From contig CAWBNC010000031.1 of the NCBI GenBank assembly GCA_963789785.1, positions 76,041 through 140,040 on the forward strand: a stretch of 64,000 bases of DNA, given 5' to 3'. The notes beneath the pieces were generated by a model, which worked only from the letters and a program-made list of their open reading frames with translations, was not told the DNA's origin and ran no database searches. This DNA is from an uncultured Alphaproteobacteria bacterium (GTDB taxonomy: Bacteria > Pseudomonadota > Alphaproteobacteria > Rhodospirillales > Defluviicoccaceae). The position numbers and the translations under genes were made by a program. This document shows, piece after piece, positions 46,242 to 57,720 of this stretch. Position 1 is the stretch's first letter, and each line of letters begins with the position of its first letter.

Positions 46242-47426
46242 TCAGCTGCCGGCCGTCGCCAGTTCCGCGCTTCTCTGCGCCAGGCGGGCCATACGGCGTT
46301 TGCCGTCTTCGACGGCGCGGCCGATCTCCTGCGCATTCTGGGTGCTCAGCGTGCGCATCTCGTCGATGATCTCGGTAGACCGCTCCTGGTAGTTGACCAC
46401 AGAATCGACCAGCTTCTTCACCAACTCGGCGCGGATCGTCGGCCCGTAGCCGGCCTTGAGCGCCTCTTCCTGGATCTTGCCGCCGATCTCTGAAAGCGTA
46501 TCCAGGCTTTGGCTGATCCCGTCCTTCATCGTGTTCAGCGTCTTCGTGCTCTCGTTCAGGCCGTGCAGGCCGGTGAACGAGGCGCTGAGCGCCGTCAGCA
46601 CCAATTCGTTGGTGGAAAAGAAGCTCACCGACTGCTGATACACCCGCTCCTTGGCGCTCGTCGTCTGCATCAGCCGGGCCATGATCACCTCAGAGGTGTT
46701 GTAGCCTACGGTCAGGTTGTCGCTAAGATCCTTGGCGATCTGGTAGCGGCGCTCCTCGTTCTGCAGCGCCCGCAGCTTCTCGTCGCGGGCAAGTTCGAGC
46801 CTGGCCCGCTCCGCCGGCTCGACCTGTCCCGCCTGCTCAACGACGCCCGACGCGGTATCGACCTCGGTGCGGGCCGCGCCGAGCTTCTTTTCCGCCTCCT
46901 TCAGAACCTCGAAAGCCATGACTTCGGCTTCCTTCAGCGCACCGCGAAAATCGCGGTAGGCTTCGAGGATGAGGTGCTCGCGCTCGAACTGGTCCTTCGT
47001 CGCCGCCGCGACGCCGAGGTAGGTCTTCTTGATGCCGTCGAACCGGGTGGCGATGTCGCCGCGGGTCGCCTTCTGCCAGATGTTCGCCAGCCGCTCGAAG
47101 GTGTCGATTTTGCCGTCCTCGACCTGATCGACCATCTGCTTGGCGTCGTCGCGAATGGAGTTGAACGATTTGGCAATGTCGTTGTAACGCTCGCCGACAT
47201 CCATGGCGCTGATCTGTTCGCGCACGACCTCGTTGAACAGCGACATCTGGTCCAGGGTCCGCGCGATCAGGGCGATGCGTTCCTCGTCGAGATCGGAGAT
47301 CTGGTTGAGCAGCGAAACGACGGGGGCCACCTCCTCGCGCTTGTCCGGGACAAGACCCAGATCGCGAAGCGTGCCCAATGCCTTGTCGAGATACTTCATC
47401 GGTTGGCTGACGGCGACCTCGCCCAT
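46242..47426 (-). CDS. TelA/KlaA-like all-helical protein (toxic anion resistance family resemblance, tentative)
   Basis: 394 aa. ATG 47426 is preceded by AAGGA with a 6-nt spacer. The protein is uniformly helical and heptad-rich. Its length and C-terminal pattern (FFSTNELVLTAL...GYGPTIRAELVKKLVDSVVNYQERSTEIIDEMR) loosely recall the TelA profile. The assignment is by eye only. Confidence 0.7.
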   Translation of the reverse strand: MGEVAVSQPMKYLDKALGTLRDLGLVPDKREEVAPVVSLLNQISDLDEERIALIARTLDQMSLFNEVVREQISAMDVGERYNDIAKSFNSIRDDAKQMVDQVEDGKIDTFERLANIWQKATRGDIATRFDGIKKTYLGVAAATKDQFEREHLILEAYRDFRGALKEAEVMAFEVLKEAEKKLGAARTEVDTASGVVEQAGQVEPAERARLELARDEKLRALQNEERRYQIAKDLSDNLTVGYNTSEVIMARLMQTTSAKERVYQQSVSFFSTNELVLTALSASFTGLHGLNESTKTLNTMKDGISQSLDTLSEIGGKIQEEALKAGYGPTIRAELVKKLVDSVVNYQERSTEIIDEMRTLSTQNAQEIGRAVEDGKRRMARLAQRSAELATAGS

Positions 47427-47686
47427 GGCTCAAATCCTTCCCGCTGAACAGGTTTTTAGGCCGACGCAAGCATCGGCCGCCTCCGCTACGCGCCGCAGGC
47501 TAGTAGAGATCACTTTGCCGGTGGAAGAAAGCACTCGTTCTTTCCGCCGTTCTCCGGCTGCGCGCCTTTGTCTGAAGGGCCGAGGGAACGGCGCGCGCCC
47601 ACCATTGCCTTAGCGCAGGACTGGGCCTGTTCCAGGTGAGGCAGTAGTCTGATCCATCGGAGCAAACGATTAAGAGGGAGCGAGAG

Positions 47687-48196
47687 ATGTTCAAGATCGC
47701 AGCGGCCAGCCTGCTGGCCATCACCGCCATCGGCGGCGCTCAGGCCGCCGACATGGCCGGCGCAACCGCCAAGGCAGCGTTGCAGGGACCCGATGGCAAA
47801 TCCGTCGGCCAGGCGACGCTCGAGTCCACGCCCCACGGTGTGCTCGTCCACGTCCGGGCCGAGGGCCTGTCGCCCGGTCCGCATGGCATTCATCTGCACG
47901 CCGTCGGCGCCTGCTCTCCGGACTTCAAGGCGGCCGGCGGCCACATCAAGACCTCCGGCAACGAGCACGGCCTGCGCAACCCCAAGGGTCCGGAAGCCGG
48001 CGACCTGCCGAACCTCTATGCCGGCGCCGATGGCCGGGCCGAGGCGGAATACTTCACCACCCTGGTGGACATGAAGACGGTGCTCGACAATGACGGCTCG
48101 GCAGTCGTGATCCACGCTCAGCCCGACGACCAGATGACCCAGCCCATCGGCGGCTCCGGCGATCGCGTGGCCTGCGGTGTCATCAATGCCTCCTAG
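47687..48196 (+). CDS. sodC: periplasmic Cu/Zn superoxide dismutase
   Basis: Signal peptide MFKIAAASLLAITAIGGAQA, metal ligands HGIHLHAVGAC and GGHIKTSGNEHG, and C-terminal GDRVACGVI. Confidence 0.93.
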   Translation: MFKIAAASLLAITAIGGAQAADMAGATAKAALQGPDGKSVGQATLESTPHGVLVHVRAEGLSPGPHGIHLHAVGACSPDFKAAGGHIKTSGNEHGLRNPKGPEAGDLPNLYAGADGRAEAEYFTTLVDMKTVLDNDGSAVVIHAQPDDQMTQPIGGSGDRVACGVINAS

Positions 48197-48594
48197 CCGC
48201 GGCAAGACCATAGCGCTCGGAAAGCCGGCGGCGGCCTGCCCTCTGGGTTAGGCCGTCGTCGTACGCCGGACAAGCGGCTGCCGCCGATGACACCACAGGA
48301 TGTGAGGCTGGCCTGTAGAGATACGACATTTTGTGCGCGGGACTCCGAATCGCTCATGCCGATTCGGCCGACGCGGCCTCCTCGCGAGTTGCCAGCGAGG
48401 ACCGGAGGCTCTGCGACGGCACTTTGGCCCAGGCCGTAAGAATCCATTTTTGCAATGCCTTCTGGCGATATCTTCAGGCGACCGCATGGCCGGTCCGGAA
48501 ATTCTGTATTTCACGTCTGTTGGAGCGGCCATTATGCCGGAGACGAACGCGGGACCGGGGTCCGGCCCCAGGCCCGGAGGCAACAGGAAGTCGG

Positions 48595-49446
48595 ATGGAT
48601 TTGGCAGCTGAGGCGCACCCTGCGGAGCAGAGCGAGAGACCGCCTTTTCAACTCCGCGGCGGCGCCTACACCATGATCGTGCTGAGGCTGATCGAGCCGA
48701 AGCACCCGGCATTCTACCAGATGCTGATGGCAAAGGTTGCCCAGGCGCCGGGTTTCTTCATCGACGCGCCGGTGGTCCTCGACCTGCAGGATCTTGCCGA
48801 TGCGCCTCCCTTCAATATGGCCGAACTCCGCCGCCGTCTGCGCCAGCACCGGCTGATGGCGTTCGGCGTCCAGAACGCCACCGAGGAACAGAACCAGATC
48901 GCGATCAACGCCGGCATGGTCGTTCTCCCGCCCGGCCGGCAGGCGCCGATCCGCGCGACACCTCGGCCGGCGCCGCCCGCCGAGGCATCCGGGCCGGCGA
49001 CTGCCGGTACCGCTGATACGGGCACTCCCGAACCGGATGGCCATGCTGCGGCTCATCCTGCGACGGATCCCGGCGCGGAGGCCGCGCCGCTGGATCAGGA
49101 GCATACGGCCGAGCCGGCGGTGAGCCTTGTCGTTGCCCAGCCGGTCCGGTCGGGACGGCAGATCTACGCCCAGGGCGGCGACCTGATCGTTCTGGCGTCG
49201 ATCAGCCCCGGCGCCGAGCTCATCGCCGACGGTCACATTCACGTCTATGGCTCCCTGCGCGGGCGGGCCCTGGCGGGCATCGCCGGCAATACCGAGGCGC
49301 GCATCTTCTGTCGCAGCCTGGAAGCCGAACTGGTCTCGATCGGCGGCTACTGGCGCGTCCGCGACGACATCCCGGAGGATCTGATCGGCAAGCCCGCGCA
49401 GATCCACCTGGAGGGCGAGCACGTCGTCATCGAGTCCTTGACCTGA
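48595..49446 (+). CDS. minC: septum site-determining protein MinC
   Basis: In-frame ATG at 48595. The N-terminal domain has FQLRGGAYTMIVLRL, followed by a Pro/Ala linker and a C-terminal beta-helix VRSGRQIYAQGGDLIVLASISPGAELIADGHIHVYG. Confidence 0.88.
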   Translation: MDLAAEAHPAEQSERPPFQLRGGAYTMIVLRLIEPKHPAFYQMLMAKVAQAPGFFIDAPVVLDLQDLADAPPFNMAELRRRLRQHRLMAFGVQNATEEQNQIAINAGMVVLPPGRQAPIRATPRPAPPAEASGPATAGTADTGTPEPDGHAAAHPATDPGAEAAPLDQEHTAEPAVSLVVAQPVRSGRQIYAQGGDLIVLASISPGAELIADGHIHVYGSLRGRALAGIAGNTEARIFCRSLEAELVSIGGYWRVRDDIPEDLIGKPAQIHLEGEHVVIESLT

Positions 49447-49523
49447 ACATCGAACAGCCGGTTCATCGATGCCTCTTCACTTCGCGCCCACTCACAAACC
49501 ACCACTGACCGTTGGAGGAACAC

Positions 49524-50339
49524 TTGTCTAAAGTCATCGTCATGACATCGGGCAAGGGCGGGGTCGGCAAGACCACGTCTAGCGCAGCGTTTGCCGCGGG
49601 TCTCGCCCTCAGAGGCTACAGGACGGTCGTCATCGACTTCGACGTCGGCCTGCGCAACCTCGACCTGATCATGGGCTGCGAGCGCCGGGTCGTCTTCGAC
49701 TTCATCAACGTCATCAACGGCGACGCCCGACTCAATCAGGCCCTGATCAAGGACAAGCGGGTCGAGAACCTCGCCATCCTGCCGACCAGCCAGACCCGGG
49801 ACAAGGAGGCGCTGACCCGCGAAGGCGTCGGCAAGGTCATCGACGAGCTGAGGGAGACGTTCGACTACATCATCTGCGACAGCCCCGCCGGCATCGAGCG
49901 CGGTGCGCTGATGGCGCTCTATTTCGCCGACGAGGCAGTCATCGTCACCAACCCCGAGATCTCAAGCGTCCGCGACAGCGACCGGATCCTGGGCGTTCTG
50001 CAAAGCAAGTCGCGCCGCGCCGAGGAAGGCCTCGATCCGGTGAAGGAGCACCTGCTTCTGACCCGCTACGACACCGCTCGGGTCGCCCGTGGCGAGATGC
50101 TCAAGGTCGAGGACGTGCTCGAGATCCTGGCCATCCCGCTGATCGGGATCATCCCCGAGAGCCAGACCGTGCTGAAGGCTTCCAATACCGGCACACCGGT
50201 CATCCTCGACGCCCAGTCGCCCGCGGCGGCCGGCTACAGCGAGGCGGTCGGCCGGTTTCTCGGCGAGACGATCGAGGTGCGCTTTCCCAAGCAGCAGCGT
50301 CGGGGCCTGTTCCAGCGTCTGCTCTGGAGGACCGCATGA
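49524..50339 (+). CDS. minD: septum site-determining ATPase MinD
   Basis: TTG at 49524, 4 nt after GGAGGA. It has the deviant Walker A SGKGGVGKTT and a C-terminal amphipathic helix RGLFQRLLW. Confidence 0.95.
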   Translation: MSKVIVMTSGKGGVGKTTSSAAFAAGLALRGYRTVVIDFDVGLRNLDLIMGCERRVVFDFINVINGDARLNQALIKDKRVENLAILPTSQTRDKEALTREGVGKVIDELRETFDYIICDSPAGIERGALMALYFADEAVIVTNPEISSVRDSDRILGVLQSKSRRAEEGLDPVKEHLLLTRYDTARVARGEMLKVEDVLEILAIPLIGIIPESQTVLKASNTGTPVILDAQSPAAAGYSEAVGRFLGETIEVRFPKQQRRGLFQRLLWRTA

Positions 50340-50626
50340 GCATCATGAATTACTTCCGCTCCCGGCCGAAGGCGTCAGCCGATCAGGCCAAGGAGCGGCT
50401 GCAGATCCTGCTCGCCCATGAGCGAGCCGGCTCGACCAGACCGGACTATCTCCCGCGCATGCAGGCCGAGCTCATGCAGGTGATCGCCCGGTACATCGAC
50501 ATCGACGAGGATATGATCTCGGTCGAGTTCGAGAACTCGGGAACCGTGTCCACGATCGAAGTCAACATCGAGCTGCCGACCGAGCTGGTCATGCAGGGAT
50601 CGGCGGCGCTTGCCGTCGCCTCCTGA
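50336..50626 (+). CDS. minE: cell division topological specificity factor MinE
   Basis: 96-aa ORF. ATGA overlap with minD. The motif KERLQILLAHER is present. Confidence 0.92.
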   Translation: MSIMNYFRSRPKASADQAKERLQILLAHERAGSTRPDYLPRMQAELMQVIARYIDIDEDMISVEFENSGTVSTIEVNIELPTELVMQGSAALAVAS

Positions 50627-50735
50627 AGGACGCGCAGCGGGAAGCTGGACGCAAACGGACGGCGGTTGCGACTCGGCAACGGCGCAACACAGGCGGCTGA
50701 GCGCGGCCCGCCCGCGGTAATGCGCTGCGGAACGA

Positions 50736-50760
50736 GGCGTTGCTGTATACTCGCAACGCC
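50736..50760 (+). promoter_or_regulatory. 8-bp hairpin abutting the start codon of the downstream GTPase gene
   Basis: GGCGTTGC (50736-50743) / GCAACGCC (50753-50760) with a 9-nt loop, immediately followed by ATG 50761. No T-tract follows, so it is not a classical terminator. Confidence 0.35.
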
Positions 50761-51656
50761 ATGCTGAAGCGCTTTGCCCGGTTCATTCCCGTGCTCGCGG
50801 CTGCCGTTGCGGTTGCGGTGGCGCTCGTGGTGCTGTCTCGGGTCATGGTGACCGTCGACGCCATCGCGCAGCCGGAGTACCGCTACGTCTATCTTGGCGG
50901 GGTGGTGCTTCTGCTCGGCGGCCTCGGCGTCTTCGCCTGGGTAAAGCTGCGCCCGAGGCGCGATGCCGCAGCGCCGCAGCAAATTCCGCACCACCGCCGC
51001 CTGTCGCCGGAGTCGCGGCTGGGCGAGCTCTATGCACGTCACCATCTCGACCGGAGCGGGCCCAGCGGCGCCGGCCCGGAGCAGGCAAGGGCGCGACCGC
51101 GGGAACCCGGCCGAATACGCATTGCCCTCGCCGGGGTGCGCGGGGTGGGCAAGAGCGCGCTCGCTGCGGCCCTGCGCATGGCGGCGACCAGCGACGGGTT
51201 CGACGCCCTTTCGGTCGATCTGGTCGAGCTTCCCTCCCTGGGCACCAATCTGGGGCATAATATTGAGAGCCTGACACTGGCGCTCTCGGCAGATCTGACT
51301 CTGTTCGTTGTCGATCAGGATCTCCGCGATTATGAGCAGGATGCGATCGCGGCGCTTGCTCACCGGCAGGCGAAATTTGTGGTTGTCATCAACAAGACCG
51401 ATCTCATGCGTCCCGCGGCGCTGGCCGAGACCAGGGCGGCGGTCGCCGCCAGGCTTGCAAGCGGGGCCATCGAGGCCGACATCCTCACCACGGCGGCCGC
51501 GCCCAGATGCCGACGGTGCGCCTGGCCGAGGAAGGCGATGGCGAAGACGAGGACGTCGCTCGCCCACCGGAGGTAGCCGCCATCATCAGCTGTTTCGAGA
51601 CACTCGCCGTCCGTCGCGGCCGCTCCGGCGTGCGCGTCGCGCCCGGCGCCGGTTGA
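50761..51656 (+). pseudogene. membrane-anchored P-loop GTPase, one -1 frame break near the C-terminus
   Basis: Two N-terminal TM helices (FIPVLAAAVAVAVALVVL, LGGVVLLLGGLGVFAWV), G1 GVRGVGKS and G4 NKTD. After DILTTAAA the protein-like sequence continues in another frame (QMPTVRLAEEGDGEDEDVARPPEVAAIISCFETLAV...) to TGA 51654-51656. Confidence 0.6.
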
Positions 51657-51670
51657 GGCTCGGCGCGGCC

Positions 51671-52999
51671 ATGGCCGGGAAGGACAAGCAGTACGACGAG
51701 ATCCTGACGGCGCTGCGCCAGCTCTCGCGGACCGACCTGCGCGAGAGCGAGCGCGCGGCAGTGGCCCAGGAGCTCGACGACATCGACACCATGGTCACGA
51801 AGCTGGAGCATGGCGTCGTCGAAATCGCGGCCTTTGGCGAGGTCAACTCCGGCAAGAGCTCGCTCCTGAATGCCCTGCTCGGTCGTCCGGCCTTTGCCGT
51901 CGCGGCCATCGCCGGCAAGACCCGCGAGCTGAGCCGCCAGGACTGGACACCGCGCCGCGAGACGATCAAGGGCTTCGCCGACAACCGCCTGGTCATGGTC
52001 GATACCCCCGGCATCAACGAGGTCGAAGGCGACGACCGGGCGGCCATCGCCGAGGCGACCGTCCGCTATGCCGATATCGTCCTGTTCGTCACCTACGGCG
52101 ATCTCAACGACGTGGAGTTCAGCGCCATCAAGGCGCTCCGCGCGCTGCACAAGCCGATCATCCTGGTCATCAACAAGATCGACCTGTTCAAACAGCGCGA
52201 ACTGGAGCAGACAGTCGCCTCCATTCGCGCCAAGGTCGGCGGCATGATCGGCGAGGCCGACATTGTCTTCGCCGCGGGCGATCCCTCGCCGGCGCTGCGC
52301 GTCTACCACAACCTCGACGGCAGCGAACGCGAGGAGTGGGCCGACCGGCCGGCGATCATCGAGGATCTTTCGGCGCGCATCCTCGAAATCCTGCATCGCG
52401 AGGGCAAAGCCGTCGTTGCCCTGAACGCGAACCTGTTCGCCACGGAGGTCTCCGATCGCATCGCCGCGCTCAAGGCGAGCGTGCGCGGGGAAGAGGCGGA
52501 CCGGCTCATCCGCCGCTTCATGTGGATCAAGGCTTCCGCGGTCGCGCTCAACCCGATCCCGATCGCCGACATCGCCGGCGGCATGGTCTCCGACGCGATC
52601 ATGGTCCAGCAGCTCGGCTCGGTCTACGGCCAGCCATTCTCCCGCGAGAACGCCCGGGCGCTGATCACCGAGATCCTCGGCGCCTGGGGGATCATGGTCT
52701 CGCTGGAGTGGGTGACCCACCTGGCGGCGGCGGTCCTGAAGGGCGCTGCGCCCCTTGCCGGCCATGCGCTCGTCGCCATTCCGCAAGGACTGGCCGCGGC
52801 GTGGACGACCTATATCGTCGGGCAGGCGGCGAGCGTCTATTTCCGCCAGGGCGGCTGGGGCGGGCGCGGCGCCAAGGCGATCCTGCGCGACATCCTCTCC
52901 GGCGTCGACCGCGACAGCGTGCTCGATCCGCTGAAGGACGAACTCCTGCACCGCCTCCGCACGAAGACGACATCCTCCGCGCTGGCAAAGCGTCCGTAG
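51671..52999 (+). CDS. GTPase fused to a DUF697-type membrane domain
   Basis: In-frame ATG at 51671. G1 GEVNSGKSS, G3 DTPG and G4 NKID are present. The C-terminal half (WIKASAVALNPIPIADIAGGMVSDAIMVQQLGSVYG) matches the DUF697/YcjF-type pattern as I recall it. Confidence 0.75.
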   Translation: MAGKDKQYDEILTALRQLSRTDLRESERAAVAQELDDIDTMVTKLEHGVVEIAAFGEVNSGKSSLLNALLGRPAFAVAAIAGKTRELSRQDWTPRRETIKGFADNRLVMVDTPGINEVEGDDRAAIAEATVRYADIVLFVTYGDLNDVEFSAIKALRALHKPIILVINKIDLFKQRELEQTVASIRAKVGGMIGEADIVFAAGDPSPALRVYHNLDGSEREEWADRPAIIEDLSARILEILHREGKAVVALNANLFATEVSDRIAALKASVRGEEADRLIRRFMWIKASAVALNPIPIADIAGGMVSDAIMVQQLGSVYGQPFSRENARALITEILGAWGIMVSLEWVTHLAAAVLKGAAPLAGHALVAIPQGLAAAWTTYIVGQAASVYFRQGGWGGRGAKAILRDILSGVDRDSVLDPLKDELLHRLRTKTTSSALAKRP

Positions 53000-53170
53000 C
53001 GGCAGACAGCGGCGGCAGAGCCCTTGTCTGCCTGCAACGGCGTAGATGCGCTGCGAAGGATCCCGGCCCCGACCGGCCCCCGACCGGCCGCGCTTGCGCG
53101 CGCGGCGGCAGGGAGGGTATGACACAGGCCGGAGCACGCGGTGACGCTGCCGGTGGTGGGATCAGCCTGA

Positions 53171-54499
<1,329 letters not shown>

Positions 54500-54651
54500 C
54501 CTGCGGCCGGATCGGCCGGATTGGAAGGACCGGGGAGCGGCATCGGCCCGCTCCCTTCCTCTTCGATGCGCAAGGCACGCCGCGGCACATGGCGCCGGCG
54601 GCAAAATTTCCGTTTTGCGCGACGGGGGCGGTCGACGATACTCAAGGGAGG

Positions 54652-55092
54652 ATGAACGAATTCGATATCCCGGACGGGCCGTCGCGTCTGCTGCCGCGAA
54701 GCGCCGAGCTGCGCAAACGGGTGCCCCAGGCCGTCATCGTCCTCGTCGGCGTCTGCGTCATCGGCTACTTCGTCTATCACGTCATTCATGGTGACCGGGG
54801 TCTGATCGCGTGGCGGGTGCTCGATCAGGACGTCGCCGATGCACGGGCCGATCTTGCCACGGCTCGCGATGAACGGATCGCGCTCGAACGCCGCGTCCGG
54901 CTGCTACGCCTGGAAAGCCTCGATCTCGACATGCTTGACGAGTGGTCGCGGCGGATCCTGAACTACGGCGCGGCTGACGAAGCCGTCATCTTCACCAAGG
55001 ACGAGGACGCCGCCCTGCTGCGCGGCGAGCCGAGGGCCGGTCGAGGCGGGTCCGAGGAACAGGGCCAGCGCGTCCCCGGCGAAAATCGCTGA
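54652..55092 (+). CDS. ftsB: septum formation initiator (FtsB/DivIC family)
   Basis: ATG 54652 is preceded by GGGAGG. It has a single TM helix (AVIVLVGVCVIGYFVY) followed by a coiled coil. Its position between eno and pdhA is conserved. Confidence 0.7.
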   Translation: MNEFDIPDGPSRLLPRSAELRKRVPQAVIVLVGVCVIGYFVYHVIHGDRGLIAWRVLDQDVADARADLATARDERIALERRVRLLRLESLDLDMLDEWSRRILNYGAADEAVIFTKDEDAALLRGEPRAGRGGSEEQGQRVPGENR

Positions 55093-55262
55093 GCCGAAGA
55101 CGAACACGTCGAACAACGGGGCGAACAACACCATCGCGGCGTGCTTCGCCGCTTGTCTTTCAGAGCCCCTCGCAATAGGATCCCGGCCGCCGTCCCGCCG
55201 CTGATCCGTCCAGCACGAGACCGATACCAAGCCGATTTGCGTCGACCGCAGGGAGGGTCGCC

Positions 55263-56297
55263 ATGCCCAACGAGACCAGGACCGAGCCCGGCAGCAAGGG
55301 CTCCGGCAAAGGCCGCGCCTCTCGCCGCGAGGCCCCGAGCGGCGAGCAGCTCCTGCACGACTACCGGCAGATGCTGCTCATCCGCCGGTTCGAGGAGAAG
55401 GCCGGACAGCTCTACGGCATGGGTCTGATCGCCGGGTTCTGCCATCTCTACATCGGCCAGGAAGCGGTCGTCATCGGCATGCAATCGGCCGCGCGCGAGG
55501 GCGACTCGATCATCACCACCTACCGCGATCATGGCCACATGCTTGCCACCGGCATGGAGGCCAGGGGCGTCATGGCCGAATTGACCGGCCGGATCGGCGG
55601 CTATTCCAAGGGCAAGGGCGGCTCGATGCACATGTTCAGCCGCGAGAAGGGCTTCTACGGCGGCCACGGCATCGTCGGCGCCTCCGTCCCCCTCGGCACC
55701 GGCCTCGCGTTCGCCCACAAGTACCGCGAGGACGGCGGCATCTGTTTCTGCTACTTCGGCGACGGCGCGGCAAACCAGGGCCAGGTCTACGAGTTCTTCA
55801 ACATGGCCTCGCTGTGGAAGCTGCCGATCATCTACATCATCGAGAACAACAAGTACGGCATGGGAACCTCGGTCGAGCGCGCCTCGGCCACCGTCGATCT
55901 CTACCGCCGCGGCGAGAGCTTCGGCATCCCCGGGGTACAGGTCAACGGGATGGACGTTCTCGAGGTCCGCGCGGCCGGCGCCGAGGTGGCCGAGTACGTC
56001 CGCGGCGGCAAGGGGCCCTACGTGATGGAGATGAATACCTATCGCTACCGCGGTCACTCCATGTCCGACCCGGCCAAGTACCGGACCAAGGAAGAGGTCG
56101 CGAAGATGCGCAAGGAAAGCGACCCGCTCGACACCCTGCGCAGCTACATGCTCGAACGTCAGCTTGTCGACGAGGCGCGGCTGAAGGATATCGACCGCGA
56201 CGTCCGGGCAGTGGTCAACGAGGCGGCCGATTTCGCGCAGACCAGCCCCGAGCCCGACCCTAGCGAGCTTCACACCGACATTCTGATCGACGCCTGA
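55263..56297 (+). CDS. pdhA: pyruvate dehydrogenase E1 alpha subunit
   Basis: 344 aa with the ThDP-binding region [17 protein letters not shown] and [11 protein letters not shown]. Confidence 0.95.
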   Translation: MPNETRTEPGSKGSGKGRASRREAPSGEQLLHDYRQMLLIRRFEEKAGQLYGMGLIAGFCHLYIGQEAVVIGMQSAAREGDSIITTYRDHGHMLATGMEARGVMAELTGRIGGYSKGKGGSMHMFSREKGFYGGHGIVGASVPLGTGLAFAHKYREDGGICFCYFGDGAANQGQVYEFFNMASLWKLPIIYIIENNKYGMGTSVERASATVDLYRRGESFGIPGVQVNGMDVLEVRAAGAEVAEYVRGGKGPYVMEMNTYRYRGHSMSDPAKYRTKEEVAKMRKESDPLDTLRSYMLERQLVDEARLKDIDRDVRAVVNEAADFAQTSPEPDPSELHTDILIDA

Positions 56298-56328
56298 GCG
56301 TCCTGAGACCTTCGTTCGGGAGACCGCG

Positions 56329-57702
56329 ATGCCCATTCAGGTTCTGATGCCGGCGCTGTCGCCAACCATGGTCGACGGCAAGCTGGCTAGGTGGATCAAG
56401 CACGAAGGCGACGCGATCGCCTCGGGCGACGTGCTGGCCGAGATCGAGACCGACAAGGCGACGATGGAGGTCGAATCCGTCGATGAGGGTGTGCTCGGCA
56501 AGATCCTTGTCGTCGAAGGCACCGAGGGCGTCGCCGTCAACACCCCGATCGCGGTGATCCTTTCGGAGGGCGAGGATGCGGCGGCGCTGAAGGACGCGGC
56601 CGACATCCCGGCTCCGATCAACATGGAGCCGTCGACGATGCCGGCCAGCACGCCGGCGCCTTCGCCGGCTCAGCCGTTGCCGGCTTCGGATGTGCCGGCG
56701 GAGCCGCACTACACCGGCCCGACCGCGCAGATGACGGTGCGCGAGGCCTTGCGCGACACCATGGCCGAGGAGATGCGCCGCGACCCGGAGGTCTTCCTCA
56801 TGGGCGAGGAGGTTGCCTCCTACCAGGGCGCCTACAAGATCAGTCAGGGCCTGCTCGACGAATTCGGGCCGAAGCGGGTTATCGACACCCCGATCACCGA
56901 GATGGGCTTCGCCGGACTTGGCGTCGGCGCCGCGTTCGGCGGACTGAAGCCGATCGTCGAATTCATGACCTTCAACTTCTCGATGCAGGCGATAGACCAG
57001 ATCATCAACTCGGCGGCCAAGACCCTGTACATGGCCGGCGGCCAGCTCGGCACGCCCATCGTCTTTCGCGGCCCCAACGGCGCGGCGGCGCGGGTCGCGG
57101 CTCAGCATTCGCAATGCTTCGCCTCCTGGTACGCGCACTGTCCCGGTTTGAAGGTGGTTGCGCCGTACTCGGGCGCCGACGCCAAAGGGCTGTTGCGCGC
57201 CGCCATCCGCGACCCGAACCCGGTCGTGTTCCTGGAGAACGAAATCCTCTACGGCCAGACCTTCGATGTGCCGACCGACCCCGAGTTCATGCTCGCGCTC
57301 GACCGGGCGAAGGTCGAGCGGCCGGGCTCGGACGTGACCATCGTCGCCTTCTCGCGCATGGTCGGTGTCGCCCTGGAAGCGGCGGCGGCGCTCGCCGAAG
57401 CCGGCATTGACGCCGAGGTGATCAATCTTCGCTCGCTGCGGCCGATCGACGTCGGCACCATCGCGGCGTCGATCAGGAAGACCAACCGGCTGGTCAGCGT
57501 CGAGGAGGGATGGCCGGCGGCCGGCATCGGCGCGGAGATCGCGGCGCTGATGATGGAGCACGCCTTCGATTATCTGGACGCACCGGTCGTGCGCGTCACC
57601 GGCGCCGACGTTCCCATGCCCTACGCCGCCAACCTCGAGCGACTGACCCTGCCGCAGCCGCAGGCCGTTATCGAGGCGGCGCGTTCCGTCTGCTATCGCT
57701 GA
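56329..57702 (+). CDS. pdhB: pyruvate dehydrogenase E1 beta subunit with an N-terminal lipoyl domain
   Basis: 457 aa. A lipoyl domain ([13 protein letters not shown]) is followed by an Ala/Pro linker and the transketolase-like beta core. Confidence 0.95.
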   Translation: MPIQVLMPALSPTMVDGKLARWIKHEGDAIASGDVLAEIETDKATMEVESVDEGVLGKILVVEGTEGVAVNTPIAVILSEGEDAAALKDAADIPAPINMEPSTMPASTPAPSPAQPLPASDVPAEPHYTGPTAQMTVREALRDTMAEEMRRDPEVFLMGEEVASYQGAYKISQGLLDEFGPKRVIDTPITEMGFAGLGVGAAFGGLKPIVEFMTFNFSMQAIDQIINSAAKTLYMAGGQLGTPIVFRGPNGAAARVAAQHSQCFASWYAHCPGLKVVAPYSGADAKGLLRAAIRDPNPVVFLENEILYGQTFDVPTDPEFMLALDRAKVERPGSDVTIVAFSRMVGVALEAAAALAEAGIDAEVINLRSLRPIDVGTIAASIRKTNRLVSVEEGWPAAGIGAEIAALMMEHAFDYLDAPVVRVTGADVPMPYAANLERLTLPQPQAVIEAARSVCYR

Positions 57703-57720
57703 AGGCGGGGGAGCGGAATC

